DNA from: Oscillospiraceae bacterium
GTDB taxonomy: Bacteria > Bacillota > Clostridia > Oscillospirales > UBA929
Direction: 5' to 3'
Length of the DNA stretch: 64,000 bases
Assembly: GCA_009784085.1 (NCBI GenBank)
Contig: WRCJ01000001.1
Span: 66-64,065 of the forward strand
This document shows positions 1 to 8,253 of this stretch, piece by piece. Both the position numbers and the translations under genes were made by a program. The notes under the pieces were generated by a model. It was given only the letters and a program-made list of their open reading frames with translations. It searched no databases and was not told the origin of the DNA. Position 1 is the first letter of the stretch. Every line of letters begins with the position of its first letter.

Positions 1-847
1 AGTTGACCAACCGGATGGCCGCTTGCGCAAAGCCCTTTTGCAGGGCCTCCCGAATGAGTTTCTCCCTCGCTTCCATGGTCACTGTCCCGTCTGGCTGATG
101 CTCGGGCTGGAACAGATAGTATTCCTCGTCAAACTCCTCTTTTGACAACCCTTCCGGAATGCCAAATACCCGGGCTACCTCGCTATTGTACGCAACAATA
201 TCGCCGTTTTCATCCCATATCATGCAGGGCAGCATGGTTGAATACAGCAAGTCGTTCAAGCGTTGTTCCGCTTCTTCCAGCCGCAAATCCGTGATATCCT
301 GCGCGAAGACAAATATGCCTTCATCCCCATCTCTGGCCCCATCTCTGTCCCTGGCCCCATCTCTGTCGAGCGCGATTCGTCTATAGGTAATCCGATAGAT
401 GCGGCTTTCCCCGGACGGCCATATGATAACATCATCCTCGAAGAAATCGTTTTCTCCGGACATGACGCGCGAAATCCTGCGGGACGCTTTCCTGAAAAAA
501 TCAGAGTTTTCAAACAATTTGCATGCATCGAGAACCGACATGCCAATAAACCCGCCGTTATCCCCATGATCCCCATTGTCCCCGTTGCCCCCATTGCCCC
601 TATTGTCCGGAACGCCCGCCAGGGTTAAGAGGCTGTCGCTATAGTAGAGGATTTTCGTGTCGGGATCCAGCAGCAGGGAATAGCTGAACGCACTGTCCAT
701 CAGGGCCTTGAAATAATGGTTGATCTTTCCAGGTTCTTGTGCGCCGGTTTTTTGCACGCCTGTTTCTTGTGCGCCTGTTTCTTGTGCGCCTGTTTCTTGT
801 ACCTGCCCCCCTGTGGGTTCATCCACAGTGCGCGAACGATTGGTCAT
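1..847 (-). CDS. PAS-like sensor/signalling protein, N-terminal part (gene runs off the left edge)
   Basis: The minus-strand frame is open from ATG at 847 to the window edge. It is absent from the ORF track because there is no stop in the window. My translation (MTNRSRTVDEP...FKALMDSAFSYSLLLDPDTKILYYSDSLL...IYRITYRRIAL...FVFAQDITDLRLEEAEQRL...MLPCMIWDENGDIVAYNSEVARVFG) reads like two PAS-type modules. It contains in-frame QETGA and DRDGA tandem repeats. Confidence 0.5.
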   Translation of the reverse strand, partial: MTNRSRTVDEPTGGQVQETGAQETGAQETGVQKTGAQEPGKINHYFKALMDSAFSYSLLLDPDTKILYYSDSLLTLAGVPDNRGNGGNGDNGDHGDNGGFIGMSVLDACKLFENSDFFRKASRRISRVMSGENDFFEDDVIIWPSGESRIYRITYRRIALDRDGARDRDGARDGDEGIFVFAQDITDLRLEEAEQRLNDLLYSTMLPCMIWDENGDIVAYNSEVARVFGIPEGLSKEEFDEEYYLFQPEHQPDGTVTMEAREKLIREALQKGFAQAAIRLVN

Positions 848-1038
848 TTCATCAGGCACTCACATCCCCCTTTTCTCGTTCACGTTCCGATGTGCCAGCA
901 TACCACTGTGCCAGCATACCTCCGATATATCGTATATCGTGAAAATCTTGTCGTTTGTTAAGGTTGGATCTGCCCTCGGCGGGGGCGCCCCTACTGCATG
1001 TGTATTGTCGGGTCAACAACATCGGGTCAACTTGTATC

Positions 1039-1067
1039 TTGCGGTATGGGCGTAAATGTGGTATCAT
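1039..1067 (+). promoter_or_regulatory. Sigma-70-type promoter candidate (TTGCGG, 17 nt spacer, TGgTATCAT extended -10)
   Basis: -35 ttgcgg at 1039-1044, a 17-nt spacer, and -10 tatcat at 1062-1067 preceded by tg. It is followed by RBS GAGGGGG (1077-1083) and an in-frame TTG at 1091. Confidence 0.4.
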
Positions 1068-1090
1068 GCAAGTATAGAGGGGGCTTTGCT

Positions 1091-1381
1091 TTGACGGAAC
1101 TAAAACAGCTTGAAGCATTGGCGGTGCCTGTCGTGAAACAAGCCATCGGAGCATACCGCGAAGTAATGATATCCCCCGAATTTCGTGAATTGGAACGTCT
1201 GCGGGCTGACGCTCTCCATAATGAAGCGGCGGCTCTACGTAATGCGCGGAGCGAAGGTAGGGCTGAAGGAATGTTTAGTGTGGCTCGTAATCTTTTAGAA
1301 ATGAATATGCCACTTGACCAAATTACCACGGCCACCGGGCTGACCCACGCCGAAGTGGAAGCCTTACGGGACGCCAACTGA
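1091..1381 (+). CDS. Stand-alone C-terminal fragment of an Rpn/YhgA-like (PD-(D/E)XK, TIGR01784-type) recombination-promoting nuclease; either a gene remnant or a small RpnS-like protein
   Basis: The ORF-track frame is 998..1381. Only the part from ELKQLEAL onward (..VVKQAIGAYREVMISPEFRELERLRADALHNEAAALRNARSEGRAEGMFSVARNLLEMNMPLDQITTATGLTHAEVEAL) resembles the conserved C-terminal tail of this family, and the N-terminal nuclease domain is absent. TTG at 1091 has a good RBS 7 nt upstream. Confidence 0.5.
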   Translation: MTELKQLEALAVPVVKQAIGAYREVMISPEFRELERLRADALHNEAAALRNARSEGRAEGMFSVARNLLEMNMPLDQITTATGLTHAEVEALRDAN

Positions 1382-1401
1382 ATTAGCGTCCCGCCCCCTT
1401 T
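1094..1401 (+). repeat. Direct repeat copy 1 (about 310 bp, roughly 90 percent identical by eye to 2271-2584)
   Basis: Base-by-base comparison of 1094-1401 with 2271-2584. Copy 2 has a 6-bp indel (gaagaa) near the start, and the mismatches cluster in the middle. Confidence 0.85.
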
Positions 1402-1404
1402 TTT
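1367..1404 (+). terminator. Rho-independent terminator
   Basis: Stem cgggacgc (1367-1374) pairs with gcgtcccg (1386-1393). It is followed by ccccc and tttttt (1399-1404). Confidence 0.55.
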
Positions 1405-1457
1405 GTAAGTTTATATCCTGCGTCCGTGAGGGTGCCCGTTTCGGCGTTATATCCGAA

Positions 1458-2168
1458 ATGATTCGTGATATGGCAACAAAGGATTCCTTGGCACGGTGTA
1501 GCAGAGAGCAATTGGCACTTATTATTTTTGGAGAAAACGATATGAACGAAAAAACAAGGAAAAGAGTAATGGACTATTTTTGTGGCTTCAACGGCAATCC
1601 TATTGAACAGTGTGCGAGATTAGCATATGGTGATCTTCGTCGTACGCTGCGAGGCATCGGAGATCTACCGGATAAAGAATCTTATGTCAGCAGCATATGC
1701 AAAATTATTTCAGACCGCATAGATAGCAACGAACCGATATATGACTTTAACAAATGGCATGATGGTGTCTGCAACGAAATAATAACAGCGTCAGAAAACT
1801 TCCCGCAATTTAAGGATAAAGTTACAATGTCGTCCTACAACAAGCACTTTCATTATGGTCAAGCCCAAAAATGGCTTAATGTCGCATTCAAAAATATGGT
1901 GATTTTTGAACTTCATGATAAATATCCGAAGCTTGAGCGAACTAAAAAACACCTGCACATTCCCGTTGACCAGTATATAATCAACGGGGTAGCCAAAGAG
2001 TTCGGTGAAAAAAGGCCGAAAAATGCACCTTATGCATGGAGCAGATGGAATCGTGAACAGTATATTGGATATCAGAAGGCCTTGAAAAACAGAATTCCAT
2101 CCGATAAGCCTCCGATTGAGTGGGAAATAGAGAATTGGCCGAGATTTAAGAAAGAGTTGTCATTATGA
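1458..2168 (+). CDS. Hypothetical protein, 236 aa, AT-rich orphan
   Basis: Clean ORF in a visibly AT-richer segment than its neighbours. I recognise no family. Lys/Asn/Ile-rich codon usage contrasts with the surrounding genes. Confidence 0.6.
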   Translation: MIRDMATKDSLARCSREQLALIIFGENDMNEKTRKRVMDYFCGFNGNPIEQCARLAYGDLRRTLRGIGDLPDKESYVSSICKIISDRIDSNEPIYDFNKWHDGVCNEIITASENFPQFKDKVTMSSYNKHFHYGQAQKWLNVAFKNMVIFELHDKYPKLERTKKHLHIPVDQYIINGVAKEFGEKRPKNAPYAWSRWNREQYIGYQKALKNRIPSDKPPIEWEIENWPRFKKELSL

Positions 2169-2198
2169 ATCTGTCGTAAAAGTGCTGTTTATTATGAG

Positions 2199-2564
2199 GT
2201 GCGGAAACTCCCAAAAGACATTGATACTGAAAACGAATTGGAGCTTATGCTGTCGCTGTTCCGGGCAAAAACGGAAGAAGAACTAAAACAGCTTGAAGCA
2301 TTGGAGGTGCCTGTCGTGAAACAAGCAATCGGAGCATACCGCGAAGTAATGATATCCCCAGAATTTCGCGAGTTAGAACGTCTGCGGGCTGACGCTCTCC
2401 ATAATGAAGCGTCGGCATTGCGTAACGCTGAACAGAAAGGCAGGGCCGAAGGACTGCTTAATGTGGCTCGTAATCTTTTAGAAATGAATATGCCACTTGA
2501 CCAAATTACCACGGCCACCGGGCTAACCCGCGCCGAAGTGGAAGCCTTACGGAACGCTAACTAA
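2199..2564 (+). CDS. Second C-terminal fragment of an Rpn/YhgA-like nuclease (remnant or small protein)
   Basis: LPKDIDTENELELMLSLFRAKTEEELKQLEALEVPVVKQAIGAYREVMISPEFRELERLRADALHNEASALRNAEQKGRAEGLLNVARNLLEMNMPLDQITTATGLTRAEVEAL. This is a paralogue of 1091..1381 and also lacks the nuclease domain. Confidence 0.45.
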   Translation: MRKLPKDIDTENELELMLSLFRAKTEEELKQLEALEVPVVKQAIGAYREVMISPEFRELERLRADALHNEASALRNAEQKGRAEGLLNVARNLLEMNMPLDQITTATGLTRAEVEALRNAN

Positions 2565-2584
2565 GTTAGCGTCCCGCCCCCTTT
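2271..2584 (+). repeat. Direct repeat copy 2 (partner of 1094-1401)
   Basis: See copy 1. This copy ends in the same gcgtcccgcccccttt hairpin tail. Confidence 0.85.
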
Positions 2585-2627
2585 ATGTCTTCGCATAGGG
2601 GATAAGCAAGCGGAAGGAGATGCTTTC

Positions 2628-3311
2628 GTGACAGGCACACTTGTCAATATGGCCTCAATACTGGTGGGAGGCGGGCTCGGCCTATTGTTCCGGGGGAAAA
2701 TCCCCCCCAAGATGTCGGAGGGGATTACCAAAGCCCTCGGCCTTTGTGTATGCGTCATCGGTGTCTCAGGCGCCCTGCAGGGCGACACGATGCTACTGGT
2801 GTCCTCCCTGGCCCTCGGCGCGTTGACCGGCGAACTCCTGCACATTGACGCGGGGCTAAATCGCTTCGGCGACTGGCTACAGAAAAAATTTAGCCGCAGC
2901 GATAAAAAATCCACCTTCTCCGAAGGTTTTGTCACGACGACGCTATTGTTCTGCGTGGGCGCTATGGCCATTGTCGGTTCCATCGACAGCGGGCTCAGGG
3001 GCGATCGCAGTATCATTTTCACAAAATCCATCCTGGATGGCTTCAGCGCCATGTTGTTTGCCTCAACGCTGGGCTATGGCGTGTTGTTCTCGGCGGTCAC
3101 TGTCCTTGTCTATCAGGGAAGCATAGAAATCTTCGCGGGCGCCTTGCAGAATATCCTGACACCCGCGCTGGTCACGCAGATTTCCGCGGCAGGGAGCGTG
3201 ATGATATTGGGGATCGGGCTGATCATGACGGTAAACATCCGGTTGAAGGTGGCCAACTTGCTGCCCGGGCTGTTGTTTGCGGTGGCTTATTATTACCTGT
3301 TCTTGCAATAA
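2628..3311 (+). CDS. DUF554 (YqgA-like) integral membrane protein
   Basis: 227 aa and multi-pass hydrophobic. The N-terminus GTLVNMASILVGGGLGLLF and the ...FTKSILDGFSAMLFASTLGYGV block resemble YqgA/DUF554. Confidence 0.7.
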   Translation: MTGTLVNMASILVGGGLGLLFRGKIPPKMSEGITKALGLCVCVIGVSGALQGDTMLLVSSLALGALTGELLHIDAGLNRFGDWLQKKFSRSDKKSTFSEGFVTTTLLFCVGAMAIVGSIDSGLRGDRSIIFTKSILDGFSAMLFASTLGYGVLFSAVTVLVYQGSIEIFAGALQNILTPALVTQISAAGSVMILGIGLIMTVNIRLKVANLLPGLLFAVAYYYLFLQ

Positions 3312-3339
3312 ATGCAGTAAAAACAGAGGTAAAATTTTG

Positions 3340-3368
3340 TTGCCCTCCATAGGCAACTGTGCTATAAT
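3340..3368 (+). promoter_or_regulatory. Promoter candidate for the lyase gene (TTGCCC, 17 nt spacer, TGcTATAAT)
   Basis: -10 tataat at 3363-3368 preceded by tgc, and -35 ttgccc at 3340-3345. Confidence 0.4.
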
Positions 3369-3457
3369 GGAGACGTAGCATGGCAGGTGTGTTGCAGTTA
3401 GACAACGCACAGCAAGTAGTAATTTTGTAGTACGGTAGTACGGAAAGGAGCACCCTC

Positions 3458-4903
3458 GTGCAAAAAATCAAATTTTATGGCGACCCTGTCCCCCTGGAGA
3501 TGCATAAAGTCCGCATCGTCCAAAAGCTCAACCTGATCCCCATCGAAGAGCGCGTCAAGGCCGTGACCGACGCCGGCAACAATACCTTCCTCCTGCAAAA
3601 CAAGGATGTCTTTATCGACATGCTCACCGACAGCGGCGTGAACGCCATGAGCGACCGTCAGCTCAGCGCCATGATGGTCGCCGACGACTCATACGCCGGC
3701 AGCGCCACCCACACGAAACTGGAAAGCAAGATTCAGGAGTATTTCGGCAAGACGTATTTCCTCCCCGCCCATCAGGGGCGCGCCTGCGAGCACCTGCTGG
3801 CCAAAGTGTTCGTCAAGCCGGGCGACATCATGATAACCAATTACCATTTCACCACCACCAAAGCGCATGTCCTGCTGGCAGGCGGCACGGTGAAGGAGCT
3901 GTACTATCCCGACGCTTTGGATCCCGAGAGCGACAACCCCTTCAAGGGGAACATGCCGCCCGATCGGCTCAGGGAGGCTATCGCGGAGTACGGCCGTGAT
4001 CGCATTGCCTTTGTGCGCATGGAATCCGGCACCAATCTCATCGGCGGCCAGCCATTTTCCTTGGGCAACCTGAAAGAGATATACCAAATCTGCCAGGAGC
4101 ATGGCCTTCCGCTGGTGCAGGACATGAGCCTGTTGGCTGACAACCTGTATTTTATCAAAGAGCGCGAGCCCGCATACAAGGACGCCGAGATTTGCGACAT
4201 CGCGAGGGAGCTGTCCGACAACACCGACATCATCTATTTCTCGGCCCGCAAACTGGGCCATGCCCGGGGCGGCGGCCTTTGCACAAGCGACCGCGATTAC
4301 TATTTGAAGCTTCGCGACTTGGTTCCCATCTATGAGGGCTTCCTGACCTACGGCGGCATGAGCGTGCGCGAAATCGAGGCGATCGCCGTTGGCCTTGAAG
4401 AGACCATGGACTATGAGATGATCAACCAAGGGCCGGAGTTTATCGCCTTCATGGTCGGCGAGTTGAACAAACGGGGCGTGCCCGTGGTGAATCCGGCGGG
4501 CGGCTTGGGTTGCCACCTGGATGCCATGCGCTTTGTCGATCATGTCCCGCAGTCTGAGTATCCTGCGGGCGCGCTGGGTTCTGCTTTGATGATTGCCGGC
4601 AGTATCCGGGGCATGGAACGCGGCACCCTTTCGGAGGAACGCAATCCCGATGGATCCGAGCATTACTCCAACATGGAGCTCTTGCGTTTGGCGTTGCCCC
4701 GCAGGGTCTTCACCCTCTCGCAGATCAAGTATGCCATCGACCGGGTCACTTGGCTCTACGAGAATCGCCACTTGGTCGGCGGCCTGAAGTTCCTGGAGGA
4801 GCCAAAAATGCTGCGCTTCTTCGTCGGCCGGCTGGCGCCGGTGTCCGACTGGCAGGAAAAACTGGTGGCTAAGTTCAAAGAGGACTTTGGGGACAGCCTG
4901 TAA
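3458..4903 (+). CDS. Beta-eliminating lyase of the tryptophanase / tyrosine phenol-lyase family (PLP-dependent)
   Basis: 481 aa. Contains LLQNKDVFIDMLTDSGVNAMSDRQ, YAGS, HQGRACEH and a PLP-lysine context FSARKLGHARGGGLC, comparable to SAKKD..GG..C of TnaA/TPL. Tnase and TPL cannot be told apart by eye. Confidence 0.8.
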   Translation: MQKIKFYGDPVPLEMHKVRIVQKLNLIPIEERVKAVTDAGNNTFLLQNKDVFIDMLTDSGVNAMSDRQLSAMMVADDSYAGSATHTKLESKIQEYFGKTYFLPAHQGRACEHLLAKVFVKPGDIMITNYHFTTTKAHVLLAGGTVKELYYPDALDPESDNPFKGNMPPDRLREAIAEYGRDRIAFVRMESGTNLIGGQPFSLGNLKEIYQICQEHGLPLVQDMSLLADNLYFIKEREPAYKDAEICDIARELSDNTDIIYFSARKLGHARGGGLCTSDRDYYLKLRDLVPIYEGFLTYGGMSVREIEAIAVGLEETMDYEMINQGPEFIAFMVGELNKRGVPVVNPAGGLGCHLDAMRFVDHVPQSEYPAGALGSALMIAGSIRGMERGTLSEERNPDGSEHYSNMELLRLALPRRVFTLSQIKYAIDRVTWLYENRHLVGGLKFLEEPKMLRFFVGRLAPVSDWQEKLVAKFKEDFGDSL

Positions 4904-4964
4904 GCCTATAAGCGTTAATGGGCAAAGGACGAAGCGATTCAAGGATGCCTCAATAATGTAAACA

Positions 4965-5010
4965 AGCGCGAAAGTATGGGCGCTGACCCATGCTTTCGCG
5001 CTTAAGTTTT
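4965..5010 (+). terminator. Rho-independent terminator after the lyase gene
   Basis: A 16-bp stem, agcgcgaaagtatggg (4965-4980) with cccatgctttcgcgct (4987-5002) and one G-U pair, followed by taagtttt. Confidence 0.65.
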
Positions 5011-5051
5011 ATATAAATGATAAATGTTAAAGGGGAAAGAGAGGGTAGGGA

Positions 5052-7760
5052 ATGGCTGTCTATCTAAAACCCACGGAAACCGTGCTGCAAGAACTTGACA
5101 CAAACAAGGCCGGATTGACGCGGGAGGAAGCGGCCCGGCGGCTCGTAGAAAACGGCGGCAACGAGCTGGCAAAGGCCAAGAAGAAGGGCATCCCCCGCCG
5201 CTTTTTGGAGCAACTCATCAACCCGATGGTGCTGGTGCTGATTGCCGCCGCCGCAGTTTCTGTCGTCTTGGCTGCGCTGGAGGGCGGGAACCTGCATGAA
5301 TATGCGGAAGCGGGCATTATCCTTGTGGTTGTCTTGCTCAATAGCATACTCGGCGTTTTTCAGGAGAACAAGGCGGAAAAAGCCATTGAAGCCTTACAGG
5401 AAATGAGCGCCGCCACCGCCAAAGTCCGGCGCGGCGGCGACGTAGCGCGGATTCCGGCTAGGGAGCTTGTCGTGGGCGACATTGTCCTGTTGGAGGCCGG
5501 CGACGCTGTCCCCGCCGATATACGCCTGTTGCAATGCGCCAGCCTCCAAATTGAGGAAGCCGCCCTGACGGGCGAGTCAGTCCCCGTGGGGAAAATAACC
5601 TCCGCCTTGCGCGGCGACGATTCCGGCGCCGCTTCCGACGGTGATTCCGGCGGTGATTCTGGCGGCGTGACCTTGGGCGATCGCCGGAATATGGCGTATA
5701 TGGGTTCGGACGTAACCTATGGGCGGGGCGAGGGCGTCGTCGCCGCCGTGGGCATGGATACCGAGATGGGCAAAATCGCGGGGATTATCCAGAGCACCGC
5801 GGAGGGGGAAACGCCCTTGCAAAGGCGCCTTTCCCAGTTAAGCAAGATACTCAGCATCCTGGTGCTCGGCATATGCGCGGTGATTTTCGTGGTCCAGCTC
5901 ATCCGCGCGGGAGAAATCAGCACCGATGTTATCATGCCCAGCTTTATGCTGGCGGTGTCCCTGGCGGTCGCCGCTATCCCGGAGGGGCTTGCGGCTGTCA
6001 TCACCATCGTGCTTTCCATCGGCGTGACCAACATGGCGAAACGCAACGCCATCATCCGCCGCCTGCCTGCGGTAGAAACCCTTGGATGTACGCAGATTAT
6101 CTGTTCTGACAAGACGGGTACGCTGACGCAGAACAAGATGACGGTCGTGGAGAGTTATGGCGACGAGAAGCTGGTTGCAAAGGCGATGGCCCTGTGTTGC
6201 GATTCCCAGCTTTCCCAAGATGGCGAGATCATGGGCGACCCTACCGAAAACGCGCTCGTGGCGCATGCGCTTGCAAATGGGCTCGATAAAAACGCGCTCG
6301 CGGATCAATTCCCCCGCGTCGCCGAGGCGCCCTTTGACAGCGCCCGCAAACTGATGTCCACCATCCATAAAACGCCCAGGGGGTTCGTCCAATTTACCAA
6401 AGGCGCGCCCGAAGAGGTGTTGCGGGTTTGTTCCCATGCGCTTGTGGAGGGGAACACCGGGGACACCGGGGGCGCCGCGCCGGTACCCATGGTGCCCATG
6501 GCGCCCATGGTACCCATGTCGATAGGTATCTTGGAGAAAATAGACGCGCAAAACATGGATTACGCGAACCGGGCGTTGCGCGTGCTTGCTTGCGCCTATA
6601 AAGAGTACGACACGCTTCCCGTAAGCTGCGGCCCGGCGGATATCGAAAGCGGCATGACCTTTGTCGGATTGACGGCTATGATCGACCCTGTTCGCCCGGA
6701 GGCCAAAGCGGCGGTGGATTCCTGCAACAGCTCCGGCATCAAGGTGGTGATGATCACCGGCGACCATAAGGACACGGCTATCGCCATCGCGAGGGATCTT
6801 GGGATTATCACAAGCATGGATCAAGCCATCACGGGGCGCGAGCTGGAGAAGCTGTCCGATGACGAATTCGAAGACCGGATTGAGAATATCTTTGTCTATG
6901 CGCGCGTTCAGCCGGATCATAAGGTGCGTATTGTCAATATGTGGAAACACAAAGGATATATCACCGCCATGACCGGCGACGGCGTAAACGACGCGCCGGC
7001 TATCAAATCCGGCGATATCGGCGTGGGGATGGGCATCACCGGCACGGACGTAACGAAGAATGTCGCCGACATGGTGCTGTCGGACGATAATTTCGCCACG
7101 ATCGTCGCTGCGGTGGAGGAAGGCCGCAGGATCTACGAAAATATCAAAAAGACCATCCAGTTTTTATTGTCTTCCAATGCAAGCGAGGTCTTATCGATTT
7201 TTATTGCCATATTGATGGGCTTTGAACTGTTTTTGCCGATCCATCTGCTGTATATCAACTTGATTACCGATAGCATCCCCGCTATCGCCCTCGGCATGGA
7301 CCCCGCTGAATCCGGTATCATGGAGCAACCGCCAAGGGGGCGGAAGGAAGGGATTTTCTCGGACGGCCTTGGTTTCGATACCCTATATCAAGGGGTTCTC
7401 ATCACGATACTGACCCTGGCCGCCTATTTTATTGTGGATATTTGGGAAGGCCATACCGCTGCGATGACGGCGGCTTTCTACACGATGTCCATGAGTGAAG
7501 TCTTCCACGCAGTCAATTTGCGCTCTAGGAAGCAAAATATTTTTACCCTGAAAACAACCAACAAGCTCATGTGGGGCGCGATAGGGCTTTCGCTTGTCTT
7601 GACGCTTACGGTGATCTATGTGCCTGCTCTTGCCGATGTCTTCTCCTTGCAGGCGTTGACCCTCGCGGATTTGGCTCTCACGACGGGGCTTTCGCTTACG
7701 ATAATCCCGATGGTCGAGGCGGTCAAGGCCATCTTGCGGTGGGTGCGCAGGCTTCGATAG
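5052..7760 (+). CDS. Calcium-translocating P-type ATPase (PMCA/SERCA-like, P2 type)
   Basis: 902 aa. Contains the phosphorylation motif ICSDKTGTLTQNKMTV, TGES, MITGDHKDTA and GDGVNDAPA, plus 10-TM-style hydrophobic blocks. It carries the low-complexity inserts GDDSGAASDGDSGGDSGG and PVPMVPMAPMVPM. Confidence 0.88.
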   Translation: MAVYLKPTETVLQELDTNKAGLTREEAARRLVENGGNELAKAKKKGIPRRFLEQLINPMVLVLIAAAAVSVVLAALEGGNLHEYAEAGIILVVVLLNSILGVFQENKAEKAIEALQEMSAATAKVRRGGDVARIPARELVVGDIVLLEAGDAVPADIRLLQCASLQIEEAALTGESVPVGKITSALRGDDSGAASDGDSGGDSGGVTLGDRRNMAYMGSDVTYGRGEGVVAAVGMDTEMGKIAGIIQSTAEGETPLQRRLSQLSKILSILVLGICAVIFVVQLIRAGEISTDVIMPSFMLAVSLAVAAIPEGLAAVITIVLSIGVTNMAKRNAIIRRLPAVETLGCTQIICSDKTGTLTQNKMTVVESYGDEKLVAKAMALCCDSQLSQDGEIMGDPTENALVAHALANGLDKNALADQFPRVAEAPFDSARKLMSTIHKTPRGFVQFTKGAPEEVLRVCSHALVEGNTGDTGGAAPVPMVPMAPMVPMSIGILEKIDAQNMDYANRALRVLACAYKEYDTLPVSCGPADIESGMTFVGLTAMIDPVRPEAKAAVDSCNSSGIKVVMITGDHKDTAIAIARDLGIITSMDQAITGRELEKLSDDEFEDRIENIFVYARVQPDHKVRIVNMWKHKGYITAMTGDGVNDAPAIKSGDIGVGMGITGTDVTKNVADMVLSDDNFATIVAAVEEGRRIYENIKKTIQFLLSSNASEVLSIFIAILMGFELFLPIHLLYINLITDSIPAIALGMDPAESGIMEQPPRGRKEGIFSDGLGFDTLYQGVLITILTLAAYFIVDIWEGHTAAMTAAFYTMSMSEVFHAVNLRSRKQNIFTLKTTNKLMWGAIGLSLVLTLTVIYVPALADVFSLQALTLADLALTTGLSLTIIPMVEAVKAILRWVRRLR

Positions 7761-7857
7761 ACATAGCAACATGGCAACATGGCAACATGGCATGGCTCGA
7801 TAATACATTTTATTGCGGTTATCGCGTCGCCCAATACTCATTTGGGGTTGGTATATC

Positions 7858-8253
7858 ATGCAAATCGATGATGCACTCATCGCCTATCTGGAGGACTTGA
7901 GCTACCTCTCGCTTACGGATGGGGAAAAACTGCGATTGCGCGGGGATTTGGAGAAAATCCTCACAAGCATGGCGCGGCTTGGGGCTGTGCCCACCGACGG
8001 CGTGCCGGAGCGGAGCCATCCCTTCGATCATGTCAACGCCTTTCGGGAGGATGGGGCGAAGGCCTCCTGCGACCGTCAGTTGATACTCCGAAACGCGCCG
8101 GGTGGCAACAGCGGCAACAACGGCAACAGCGAATTCTTCGTCGCCCCACAAACGGTGGACTATGATGAGGGCGCCGAGGCCGGCGCAGGGGGCGGCATCG
8201 GGGGCCCCGCCGAGGTCGGCACCGAGCCCCCCGCACCGCCGGAGGTGGAATAA
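7858..8253 (+). CDS. gatC: Asp/Glu-tRNA amidotransferase subunit C
   Basis: MQIDDALIAYLEDLSYLSLTDGEKLRLRGDLEKIL. It sits directly upstream of gatA and gatB. It has a Gly/Asn/Ala-rich C-terminal extension. Confidence 0.8.
   Translation: MQIDDALIAYLEDLSYLSLTDGEKLRLRGDLEKILTSMARLGAVPTDGVPERSHPFDHVNAFREDGAKASCDRQLILRNAPGGNSGNNGNSEFFVAPQTVDYDEGAEAGAGGGIGGPAEVGTEPPAPPEVE

Noticed and set aside
998-1381. Full 127-aa ORF as the product of the first Rpn fragment
   Set aside because: The first 31 codons overlap the predicted promoter and have no similarity to the paralogous copy. Homology, the RBS and an in-frame TTG all begin at about 1091.
3380-3430. 16-codon upstream ORF (MAGVLQLDNAQQVVIL) in the tryptophanase-family gene leader as a TnaC-like regulatory peptide
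   Set aside because: It contains no Trp codon. Its Shine-Dalgarno (3369-3373) would lie upstream of the transcription start predicted from the -10 at 3363-3368. No rut-like or terminator feature follows. The support is insufficient.
3689-4942. Long antisense or overlapping ORFs, for example 3689-4942(-), 5838-6950(-), 19163-20506(+), 21035-22420(+), 28804-31047(+), 31598-33061(-), 35935-36846(+), 38854-40002(+), 40570-41490(+) and 56893-58059(-)
   Set aside because: Each lies entirely inside a gene with clear family motifs on the other strand or in another frame. Their translations are Arg/Gly/Ala/Pro/His-rich low-complexity strings with no recognisable motifs, as expected for stop-poor alternative frames in GC-rich DNA.
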